Positions 1-8,004 of a DNA stretch of 64,000 bases are shown in pieces. Where the stretch lies: contig JBNKOC010000012.1 of NCBI GenBank assembly GCA_050294405.1, positions 96,001 to 160,000 on the forward strand, read 5' to 3'. The notes beneath the pieces are model-generated. The model was given only the letters and a program-made list of their open reading frames with translations, was not told the origin of the DNA and made no database searches. Numbering within the stretch: position 1 is the stretch's first letter; the number at the start of each line of letters is the position of its first letter. The position numbers and the translations under genes are program-made. Origin of the DNA: Fibrobacteria bacterium (GTDB lineage Bacteria > Fibrobacterota > Fibrobacteria > UBA11236 > JADFYW01).

Positions 1-73
1 TGTACAAAAGAGCGGCTTTGGCCAGTTCATTGCGCAAAGTCTCTTCTAATTTCAAATTTTTCGTGAGTTTCAT
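1..73 (-). CDS. 5' fragment of a gene running off the left edge (MKLTKNLKLEETLRNELAKAALLY...)
   Basis: ATG at 73-71 on minus strand, open frame to the window edge, divergent from pyrF; too short to identify. Confidence 0.4.
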   Translation of the reverse strand, partial: MKLTKNLKLEETLRNELAKAALLY

Positions 74-176
74 AGGAAATAAATATACAATCCTAGCCTG
101 TGATGCCAATTGCCGGCTATCAAAATAAGCCTTTCTTTTGAAGGGCATCGCCTTTCATTTTATCTTTCCCCAGGAT

Positions 177-1043
177 ATGGACAATCAATTTATCAGCCAG
201 CTCTCTAAAAGGGCCAAATCCCTGGGTCATGGCATTTGCATGGGGATGGACCCGGTTCTGGAAAAAATTCCTTTGGAGGGAAAACCCGAAGAAAAAATCC
301 GAAAATTTTATGAAGAGAGTTTAAATGCCATGGTGAAAAAAAATGCCATGCCCGTGGCTGTTAAACCCAATATTGCTTTTTATGAAGCCATTTCCATAGA
401 CTGCCTTTTTGTGCTCAAAGACTTAATTTCCCTTTATCAAAAAGAAGGGGTTTTGGTTGTGCTGGATGCTAAAAGGGGGGATATTGGCAAGACCTCAGCG
501 GCTTATGCCAAAATGGCTTTTGATGTATATGCTGCCGACGCAGTTACATTAGCCCCATACATGGGCCTTGATTCCATAGAACCCTTCCAAAAAAACTATC
601 CTGAAAAGGGAATGTATGTATTGGTGCGCACCTCTAACCCCAGCGCTGAGGATTTTCAAAATCAAAACATGGGGATAAAAAAACTATACCAAGTGGTAGC
701 TCAAAAATTAATCCAGTGGAATAAGGGAAACTTAGGCGCAGTGGTTGGAGCAACGGCTCCTTCCGAATTAACGGAATTAGTCTCTATGTGGGTTTCCCAG
801 GGGTTTGAAGTGCCATGCTTAATACCGGGAGTATCCATGCCAGGCGTATCCGGAGGCCAGGGCGCTTCTTTGGGGCAAACCCTAAAGGCCATTCAGGATG
901 GAGGAGGCGATGCTTCCAGACATTTAATAAACCTGTCTTCTGGTCTTAATTATGCCTACGAAAAATATCCCGAATTATCTTTTGGAGAAGCTTCAGCCAC
1001 AGCTTTGCTTTCTCTGGCCGAGGAATTTAAAGGCTATTTGTAA
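177..1043 (+). CDS. pyrF: Orotidine-5'-phosphate decarboxylase
   Basis: Motifs CMGMDP, VKPNIAFYE, DAKRGDIGKT, APYMG, VRTSNP, GAVVGAT; ATG at 177 preferred over TTG at 138. Confidence 0.95.
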   Translation: MDNQFISQLSKRAKSLGHGICMGMDPVLEKIPLEGKPEEKIRKFYEESLNAMVKKNAMPVAVKPNIAFYEAISIDCLFVLKDLISLYQKEGVLVVLDAKRGDIGKTSAAYAKMAFDVYAADAVTLAPYMGLDSIEPFQKNYPEKGMYVLVRTSNPSAEDFQNQNMGIKKLYQVVAQKLIQWNKGNLGAVVGATAPSELTELVSMWVSQGFEVPCLIPGVSMPGVSGGQGASLGQTLKAIQDGGGDASRHLINLSSGLNYAYEKYPELSFGEASATALLSLAEEFKGYL

Positions 1044-1052
1044 CCGGCGCTT

Positions 1053-1460
1053 TTAAAGATCAGCCAGGGGGTTATTGAATTTTTCCCGAACCACGCCCAA
1101 AATACCCGCCTGGGGAACAATAAGATATTTTTGTTTCTGGTACTCGATTTCGGTGCTATGGCCCTTTAAAAATATGGCGTAATCCCCTTCTTTTACCTGG
1201 AGAGGAATATATTGGGGCTCTGGAGAATTTCCCGGATTCCAGGGTTCTTCTTCACTTTGAACAGAGGGCAAAATGTATCCTGGACCCACTTTGATAATGG
1301 TGCCAGATTGCACTTTTTCTTTTTCTTTTAATCCTACAGGAAGATATAAGCCGGCATCGGTTTTATTATTTCCCATATCCGGGGCTATAAGCACCCTGTC
1401 GCCTATTATTAACAGTTCTCGTTCTGTTTCAATTGGAAATTTATCAAAAGCATCACTCAT
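1053..1460 (-). CDS. Stand-alone GroES-family co-chaperonin (extended variant)
   Basis: IGDRVLI, KTDAGLYLP, GTIIKVGPG, LQVKEGD, YLIVPQAGILGVV; ATG at 1460 avoids overlap with nasA. Confidence 0.85.
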   Translation of the reverse strand: MSDAFDKFPIETERELLIIGDRVLIAPDMGNNKTDAGLYLPVGLKEKEKVQSGTIIKVGPGYILPSVQSEEEPWNPGNSPEPQYIPLQVKEGDYAIFLKGHSTEIEYQKQKYLIVPQAGILGVVREKFNNPLADL

Positions 1461-1516
1461 AATGACATAAAAATAATACGCCTCTATTTTTTTCCCAAAT
1501 TTTGGGAATTTGAAAA

Positions 1517-3724
1517 TTACTGCCGGGACAGCTGCACAGCGCAAGCCTTGTAAGAAGGCTGTTTGCTGTGGGGATCAAAAATGGGGTAGGTGAGCAAATT
1601 AGTTTCCGCAAAATGCATGGGCATAAATACTTCGCCGGGCTTAACATTTGGGGTAATATTTACCAGAGCGTTTGCCTTTCCTCGCCGTGAAAACACCCAA
1701 ATTTTTTGTCCTTGCTCAAAGGCTCTTTCCTCAGCGTCGAAGGGGTGGATTTCCACATACAATTCTTTTGGAGCCAACTTGTTTAAAATTTTTGATTTTC
1801 CTGTACGAGTTAACGTGTGCCATTGGGCTGAGCTCCCTCTACCCGTAAGCAAGGTGAAAGGGTATTCTTTATTGGTGGGTTCGTACAAGTCTGCAATATA
1901 ATCAAAAATAAATTTAGCCTTGCCGCCTTCATGATAGTATTGGCCGTCTTCAAACAATCTCCGATGTGTTTGGGGAGGTCCCATTTCCGCCATTTCCTGG
2001 CTAAAAGGCCACTGTATTCCCCCATGGCGGTATAACATCTCGTAGTCTTTTATTCCTGTAATGTCCCAGGGTTTTCCCTTGGATATTTTTTTTAATATTT
2101 GAAACGTGGCCTCAGGGGTTTCCCATTCCCGAAACATTTCTCCTACACCCCACTCTTCGGCAATTAACTTAAAAATGTAAAAGTCACTCAAAGCCTGGCC
2201 CGGGGCTTTTCTTACCTTTTGATATAAGCCAAAGCGCCTTTCAGAGTTGATAACGGTACCCGATTTTTCTCCCCAGCCCGCAGCTGGCAATACTAAATCT
2301 GCATAACCACATGTTTCGGTGGAGTAATACATATCTTGAACTACGCAGAAATCCAGTTTTTTAATTAGGCTATCCAACTGACTTCGGTTGATCCAGGAGT
2401 GGGCGGGGTTGGTGGCAATTATCCATAGTCCCTTAATTTCTCCCCTCTCCACTGCCTCGAAAATTTCGTTATAGGCATAGCTGTTTTGCGTGGGAATTTT
2501 ATCAAGTGGGATGTTTAGAATTTTTGAGATTTCTTTTCGATCTTCTTCATGGGTAAAGTTTCGGCCTCCTAAAAGGCTGGTGGTGTTGCTTACTAGGCGG
2601 GAGCCCATGGCATTGGTTTGTCCTGTAATAGAATTGGCCCCGGTGCCTGGTTTCCCCATGTTCCCTGTCATTAGCGCCATGTTAATAATAGCCTGAGCTG
2701 TTCGAGTAGATTGGTGGCCCTGGTTTACTCCCATGGTCCACCAAAAAGAAACCCGTTTTCCTCTGCCTATTTTTTGCGCTACTTCATAAAGCATCGTTTT
2801 TGAAATACCCGTGTTTTCTTCCACGGTTTCAGGGGAAAAAGTCTTAACATGGTTTGCAAACTCCTCAAAATCTTCTGTGTTTGCGCTTATGTATTCATTA
2901 TCCAGGTAATCCAATTCGATTAAGACATTGCACAAGGCATATAGCAGGTATAAATCACTGCGGGGAGTTAAAGCCAAATGATAATCAGCCTGCATGGCTG
3001 TTTCAGTTTTTCTGGGATCCAAAACTATAATTGTGGGATTGTGAGGGTTTTTGCAAACCCGTTCCCACATTATTGGATGTGCTATGCATGGGTTGGCTCC
3101 TACGAATACTATAACATCGCTTTCTTCGTAATCCTCATAGGTGTACGGAGGAGCGTCAAACCCAAAAGATTGTTTGTAAGCCGAAACAGCTGTAGCCATA
3201 CATTGCCTGGTATTTCCATCACCATGTATCATGCCCATCCCAAATTTGGCTAAACTTCCCAGTAAAGCCATTTCTTCGTTGCATATCTGGCCTGTGCTTA
3301 AAAAAGCCAGAGAGGCTTTGCCATGTTTATCCTGTATCCCTTTAAATTTCTTCACGAACAGCTTTAATGCTTCCTCCCAGGGAATAGGAACAAGTTTTCC
3401 ATTTTCTTTTTTCATGGGGCTTGTGGCCCTATCTGGGGCTTCCAAAGGAGAAAGAGCTTCCCACCCTTTTGGACAGGCTTGCCCTAAATTAACCGGATAT
3501 TCAGTGGTGGCAGTTAGATTGATAGCCTCTTTGTTTTCGTTTAAATGTATTTCTAAACCACAGCCTGTTGAGCAAAATCCGCACACTGCTGTTGTTGCAG
3601 TAACGGGAGTCAGTTTTTGAGGTAACCTGCCAAGCCCAAAGGCATTCGGGTTCTGTATTAGTTCACGGGTTAATGGTCCATCCTTTTGGTGGATGAGCTG
3701 TTGGATGGCATTAAGAGGCGACAT
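1517..3724 (-). CDS. nasA: Assimilatory nitrate reductase catalytic subunit (Mo-bisPGD, 4Fe-4S)
   Basis: CGFCSTGCG...CPKG iron-sulfur motif, [40 protein letters not shown]; no Tat signal; narK/nirBD context. Confidence 0.9.
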   Translation of the reverse strand: MSPLNAIQQLIHQKDGPLTRELIQNPNAFGLGRLPQKLTPVTATTAVCGFCSTGCGLEIHLNENKEAINLTATTEYPVNLGQACPKGWEALSPLEAPDRATSPMKKENGKLVPIPWEEALKLFVKKFKGIQDKHGKASLAFLSTGQICNEEMALLGSLAKFGMGMIHGDGNTRQCMATAVSAYKQSFGFDAPPYTYEDYEESDVIVFVGANPCIAHPIMWERVCKNPHNPTIIVLDPRKTETAMQADYHLALTPRSDLYLLYALCNVLIELDYLDNEYISANTEDFEEFANHVKTFSPETVEENTGISKTMLYEVAQKIGRGKRVSFWWTMGVNQGHQSTRTAQAIINMALMTGNMGKPGTGANSITGQTNAMGSRLVSNTTSLLGGRNFTHEEDRKEISKILNIPLDKIPTQNSYAYNEIFEAVERGEIKGLWIIATNPAHSWINRSQLDSLIKKLDFCVVQDMYYSTETCGYADLVLPAAGWGEKSGTVINSERRFGLYQKVRKAPGQALSDFYIFKLIAEEWGVGEMFREWETPEATFQILKKISKGKPWDITGIKDYEMLYRHGGIQWPFSQEMAEMGPPQTHRRLFEDGQYYHEGGKAKFIFDYIADLYEPTNKEYPFTLLTGRGSSAQWHTLTRTGKSKILNKLAPKELYVEIHPFDAEERAFEQGQKIWVFSRRGKANALVNITPNVKPGEVFMPMHFAETNLLTYPIFDPHSKQPSYKACAVQLSRQ

Positions 3725-3742
3725 GATTAATCCTAAACGAAG

Positions 3743-5386
3743 TTAAAGCCCGGGCATTCTGGGCGGCACCGATGCGCTAAAGAATTGGGAGCGTTCTATT
3801 AACTCTCCGACCAAAAGACAGGTTAAAGCCACAATAGAAAGAGGCAAGGAAAGAGGTGGGTATAACATTGATATAACTGGCAAAATAATCCCCCCCAAAG
3901 CGCCTAAGCCAAATCGTGCCCAGGTTTTTGACCTTTGCAGTTGAAGCATGATTTTTGCAGTTAACGATACCAAGCTTTGAGAGTTATTGTTTTTTAGAGT
4001 GTTTATTTCCACGAATAACTTTAAGGAAGTAATAATTACAACTACAAAAGGAGCATTCCACTGAATGCTGTTTTGACTAAATGGGGAAGCCACCCAACTA
4101 AAAAGGGCCGTACCCATAAAAGAGCTCAGCATAAATTTCCCGATAGTTCTGGGATGGTTCCACCATTCTCGGGGAGTATCTTTATATATCATAGCCGAGC
4201 AAAATACGCCAATCAAACCAATAACAAGACTACTTATGGCAAGCGGAATGGAAAGCATTTGGGCCAGCTTTCCAAAACTTTTTAGAACAGGAAGGTATTC
4301 CTGCAAAAGAGGAATGGAAGATGCAGCTAACCAAGCGGACAAAGTTCCCATATACCCACCAAAAACCATGGCCTCGCGGCTAAGCCAGGATGTTCTCCAG
4401 CCCAAAACGACACGGAACATCATATGAGGCCGACCGAGATGGAGGGGGGCTACTGCCAGCCCGATAGCTCCAAACACAAACATGGCTGCAACCACAAAAA
4501 ATTGGGAAAAAGAATTTGTGTTTCCAGAGGCTAATCCCCACAATGCTCCGCCCACTGAAAACTGTGTAAATACCAGCATAACCACAAGTGGCCATTCAGA
4601 ATGTTGGGTTTGCAATTTAGGAGTCATTTCCTTGGGAACATTCCCTGGTAATTTGCTTTTGGATATATAGCTGGTGGTGGGTTTTGTATAATCGGCATCG
4701 GGGCTGTTTTTTAAACCAAAATGCTCTTTGGCATCAGCACTTACATCATTAACCTTAACTATTTTAATTTGGATGGCTTCGTTGGGGCAGCTTTGGACAC
4801 AGGCAGGCGCCTCTCCATCTTTTAGTCTGTCTGTGCACATATCGCATTTGCGAACGATGCCTTTTTCTTTATTGTATTTTGGCACCCCATAAGGGCATTT
4901 TAAAGTGCAGTATTGACATCCAAAACATTGATCATCCAGGTGTTTTACAATACCGGTAATAGGATCCTTTTCATAAGCTATAACCGGGCAGCCTTCCAAA
5001 CAGGCGGGCTCCAGACAATGGTGGCAAGCTGTGGTAATATGCTGCAAATAAGAGAAATCAAAGGCACCATTGCTCACTTCTGCTTTTTTGGCGTATTGTA
5101 CGGTGGATAATTGGCCGACTTCTCTCCAGATTTCCTCTTCGTCTAATCCATTTCTACTATGGCATCCCGTGACACAGGCTTTGCATCCTGAGCATTTATC
5201 TAAATCCACTTCAAAGGCGAATTGCTCACCCTCATTGGGAAGTCCAGATGGTATCAAGGACTTGTAAAATTTTTCCTGTCTGGGAAAACTCGCCTTTGCA
5301 TGTTCTTTGGCAAAGATTTCTACAGCAGACAGTTCTTGTTGCTTGTTGATGTACTCATCAATTAGAGATAGATTATTATTTGGCAT
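3743..5386 (-). CDS. 4Fe-4S dicluster (DmsB-like) fused to DmsC/YnfH-type membrane anchor
   Basis: Cys groups CSGCKACVTGC, CHHCLEPAC..GCP, CFGCQYCTLKCPY, KCDMC..PACVQSCP; then EWPLVVMLVFTQ, HLGRP, SWLSRE, GELIER and about 8 hydrophobic segments. Confidence 0.88.
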   Translation of the reverse strand: MPNNNLSLIDEYINKQQELSAVEIFAKEHAKASFPRQEKFYKSLIPSGLPNEGEQFAFEVDLDKCSGCKACVTGCHSRNGLDEEEIWREVGQLSTVQYAKKAEVSNGAFDFSYLQHITTACHHCLEPACLEGCPVIAYEKDPITGIVKHLDDQCFGCQYCTLKCPYGVPKYNKEKGIVRKCDMCTDRLKDGEAPACVQSCPNEAIQIKIVKVNDVSADAKEHFGLKNSPDADYTKPTTSYISKSKLPGNVPKEMTPKLQTQHSEWPLVVMLVFTQFSVGGALWGLASGNTNSFSQFFVVAAMFVFGAIGLAVAPLHLGRPHMMFRVVLGWRTSWLSREAMVFGGYMGTLSAWLAASSIPLLQEYLPVLKSFGKLAQMLSIPLAISSLVIGLIGVFCSAMIYKDTPREWWNHPRTIGKFMLSSFMGTALFSWVASPFSQNSIQWNAPFVVVIITSLKLFVEINTLKNNNSQSLVSLTAKIMLQLQRSKTWARFGLGALGGIILPVISMLYPPLSLPLSIVALTCLLVGELIERSQFFSASVPPRMPGL

Positions 5387-5427
5387 AAAAATAAGACGAG
5401 GTAGGTACCTCAGATAAAATTGGAAAC

Positions 5428-5444
5428 TGCAAATCTTATACCAG
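5428..5444 (-). promoter_or_regulatory. sigma54 (-24/-12) promoter for the Fe-S/anchor-nasA operon
   Basis: Minus strand CTGGTATAAGATTTGCA = GG-N10-GC, about 40 nt upstream of ATG 5386. Confidence 0.75.
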
Positions 5445-5497
5445 ACAAAAGAAGCAAGTTAATCCCGTAATTTAATCAGTGAAAGAGCCTAAAATTT

Positions 5498-5546
5498 TAT
5501 CTGTCATGAATTGTAATAACTGCCAATGTTAAACAAGTGACAATTA
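5498..5546. promoter_or_regulatory. Putative activator-binding site (UAS), copy 1
   Basis: TATCTGTCATGAATTGTAATA (5498-5518) plus TGACAATTA (5538-5546), both repeated exactly 344 bp downstream. Confidence 0.7.
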
Positions 5547-5600
5547 TGGGCATATCAAAACTAATACCGTTGATTTTAAGCCAAATCCAAAATTTTCATA

Positions 5601-5617
5601 TTGGCCTATACTTTGCT
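5601..5617 (+). promoter_or_regulatory. sigma54 promoter with no annotated gene directly downstream
   Basis: TTGGCCTATACTTTGCT = GG-N10-GC; near copy of the narK promoter 344 bp away. Confidence 0.7.
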
Positions 5618-5627
5618 TTCACCTATG

Positions 5628-5800
5628 TGTAGGTTGTTACAAAGGGTGCCGGGAAACGCCAGCAATTAAAGTTTACAGAGCCGGTTCCCTATGTATCACC
5701 AAAAGTTTTATTGCCAAATGGCAAAAATGTTGGACCTATTCCAAAACCCCCCGAGCCTTCTGCGAGCTCTCCCCGAGTTTGCAGAAGGCTACCCTCTCAG
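5628..5800 (+). ncRNA. Candidate sigma54-dependent structured small RNA (boundaries approximate)
   Basis: Follows UAS plus sigma54 promoter; hairpins at 5711-5724 and 5730-5744, and a 16-bp stem 5754-5790 with two G-U pairs that form only on the + strand. Confidence 0.45.
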
Positions 5801-5841
5801 ATAAATTTTACTTGGAGTTTTTGGCTGTCAACAACAGTATG

Positions 5842-5890
5842 TATCTGTCATGAATTGTAATATTATGTAAGGTATGAGAAATGACAATTA
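5842..5890. promoter_or_regulatory. Putative activator-binding site (UAS), copy 2
   Basis: TATCTGTCATGAATTGTAATA (5842-5862) plus TGACAATTA (5882-5890). Confidence 0.7.
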
Positions 5891-5944
5891 AAGCTTCTTA
5901 GTTTCTAAAATTACAAGATTCAGAAGGAATGTAGTCTATTTGTA

Positions 5945-5961
5945 TTGGCCTACATTTTGCG
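5945..5961 (+). promoter_or_regulatory. sigma54 promoter of narK
   Basis: TTGGCCTACATTTTGCG = GG-N10-GC, 40 nt before ATG 6000; SD AAGGAG present. Confidence 0.8.
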
Positions 5962-5999
5962 CTAGACTGTAAACTCGATTCAATTTATAAGGAGAAAGA

Positions 6000-7466
6000 A
6001 TGTCTCAAAGTTCTAAAGGCATATGGTCTTTTCAAGGAAAAAACAAAGTCTTGCATATGTCTTGGTTTGCGTTTTTTTTGAGTTTTTTTGTTTGGTTTAA
6101 TTTTGCCCCATTTGCTACAACTATTCAAAAAGCTCTAAACTTATCATCCGAACAAATTAAAACACTGTTAATTTGCAATATTGCTCTAACCATTCCCACT
6201 CGTATCATTATAGGAATGTTGGTGGACAGGTTTGGCCCCAGAAAAACATATACCACTTTGCTTGTGACAATGTCTTTTCCGTGCTTTCTTTTTGCCATGG
6301 CGCAAAGCTTTGAGCAAATGGTAATTCTTAGAATATTATTGAGCTGCATCGGTTCAGGATTTGTGATAGGTATCCGTATGATAGGCGAATGGTTTGGGCC
6401 CAAAGAGGTGGGAATGGCTGAAGGTATTTACGGAGGTTGGGGCAACTTTGGTTCGGCAGCAGCTGCGTTTACTTTGCCCTCTTTGGCTCTGTTGTTCTCT
6501 GATGCTAATGGCTGGCGGCTCGCCATTGGTTTTTCTGGAGCATTATGTTTAGGGTTTGCCCCCATTTATTATAGAGCAGTACGTGATACGCCCTCCGGTA
6601 AAACCTATTTTTCTCCCAAAAAAATATCGGCTTTGGAAGTAAGTTCTTATCCAGCCATGTATGCCTTAATAATAATGACTTTACCCATGGTACTTTGCTT
6701 GGGGATTTTAGTCTGGAAATTACAAACGCCCGGCGTCGCCTTTATTTCCTCTAATACTTCCTATGTATTATATGGATTACTCAGCGCATTATACATCTAC
6801 CAGGTGATGCAGATTTTAAAAGTAAATTTGCCTCATTTAAAATCAGATATCCACGAAGCAGATAAATATGAATTTCGTCAAGTGGGAGTTTTGAATATCG
6901 CCTATGCGGCTAGTTTTGGCTCGGAATTGGCTGTGGTTTCAATGTTACCTGCGTTTTTTGAGAAAACTTTTGGGCTTTCTGTGGCGGCTGCCGGAATTAT
7001 AGGTTCGTGTTTTGCTTTCATGAACTTGTTAGCGCGACCTATGGGAGGAGTGTTTTCAGATAGATTTGGCCGCAGGGGCACTTTGTTAGTTTTGTTTTCT
7101 TGCCTCTTTTTTACATATATTGGCATGGGTTTTTTAAATAGCAGTTGGCCCCTGGTTTTTGCCATCATGTTAACTATGCTGTGTTCCTTTTGCGTTCAGT
7201 CCGCCGAAGGAGCGGTGTTTTCCATTGTTCCCTTAATAAAAAGACGCATAACAGGCCAAATTGCAGGTATGGTCGGGGCTTACGGTAATGTGGGAGGAGT
7301 TTGCTTTCTCACAATTTATAGTTTAGCGAGCCCGCAGGTGTTTTTCTATTCTATTGCCGGATTTAGCCTCATTTCATTAGCCAGTAGCCTGGCGCTAAAA
7401 GATCCTAAAGGCAAGATAATGGAAGTGCAGCCCGATGGAACAATAGAAATGCTTGAAGTCGCCTAA
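6000..7466 (+). CDS. narK: NarK/NasA-family nitrate/nitrite MFS transporter
   Basis: WFAFFLSFFVWFN, LVDRFGPR, GIYGGWGNFGS, FGSELAVVSMLP, ARPMGG, GMVGAYGNVGG. Confidence 0.93.
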   Translation: MSQSSKGIWSFQGKNKVLHMSWFAFFLSFFVWFNFAPFATTIQKALNLSSEQIKTLLICNIALTIPTRIIIGMLVDRFGPRKTYTTLLVTMSFPCFLFAMAQSFEQMVILRILLSCIGSGFVIGIRMIGEWFGPKEVGMAEGIYGGWGNFGSAAAAFTLPSLALLFSDANGWRLAIGFSGALCLGFAPIYYRAVRDTPSGKTYFSPKKISALEVSSYPAMYALIIMTLPMVLCLGILVWKLQTPGVAFISSNTSYVLYGLLSALYIYQVMQILKVNLPHLKSDIHEADKYEFRQVGVLNIAYAASFGSELAVVSMLPAFFEKTFGLSVAAAGIIGSCFAFMNLLARPMGGVFSDRFGRRGTLLVLFSCLFFTYIGMGFLNSSWPLVFAIMLTMLCSFCVQSAEGAVFSIVPLIKRRITGQIAGMVGAYGNVGGVCFLTIYSLASPQVFFYSIAGFSLISLASSLALKDPKGKIMEVQPDGTIEMLEVA

Positions 7467-7470
7467 CCAC

Positions 7471-7506
7471 CGGAGTAGAAAACGTTCTCTTGATGTTTCT
7501 ACTCCG
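7471..7506. terminator. Inverted repeat between convergent narK and nirD
   Basis: CGGAGTAGAAA-N14-TTTCTACTCCG, 11-bp perfect stem, weak U-tract. Confidence 0.55.
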
Positions 7507-7656
7507 ATATTTCTATTTAAGTGGCCCTTATAGTCGAGCTCAATTTACATTCCACTTCGATTTGCTTTGCGATGGCACGGAAATTTGATAGATCCTCAAA
7601 TAAGTAAGTGGCAATCTTTATCGGGGACTTTGTTGCTGCCCCTTTTAAAAGTTTAA

Positions 7657-8004
7657 TTATTCCTGCAGTCCGATATAAACAAAGCCTTTTTCAACTCGCA
7701 CATTATAGATTTGAATTTTATAGTTTTCACCGCTTAAGCACTCCCCATTGGTTAGAGAAAATGTTTTTTTATGATGGGGACAGGCAACTTTTGGAATACC
7801 ATCTTTTGTGCCGGTTAAGCCTCTAGCTAATACATTATCTCTTTTGTGAGGACATAAATTTTGACAAGCATACCAGTGCTTGTAATTAGAAAAATTAAAT
7901 ATGGCGATTTGTTTGCCCTTTAATTTTGCACAGGCTCCTCCATTCATTGGGAAATCTGATACGGCAGAAACCTTATGCCAAGTAGTGCTTTGCTGAGCAA
8001 TCAT
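7657..8004 (-). CDS. nirD: Nitrite reductase (NADH) small subunit
   Basis: QIAIF, QNLCPHK, VLARGL, KVACPHHKKTFSL; ATGA overlap with nirB. Confidence 0.93.
   Translation of the reverse strand: MIAQQSTTWHKVSAVSDFPMNGGACAKLKGKQIAIFNFSNYKHWYACQNLCPHKRDNVLARGLTGTKDGIPKVACPHHKKTFSLTNGECLSGENYKIQIYNVRVEKGFVYIGLQE

Noticed and set aside
5628..5790. ANTAR (NasR/NasT) antitermination leader
   Set aside because: The small hairpins lack clear hexaloops with A1/G4, do not overlap the long stem, no U-tract follows, and narK has its own downstream promoter
7573..7589. TGGCACGGAAATTTGAT as a sigma54 promoter
   Set aside because: No GC at -12 and it lies between convergent genes
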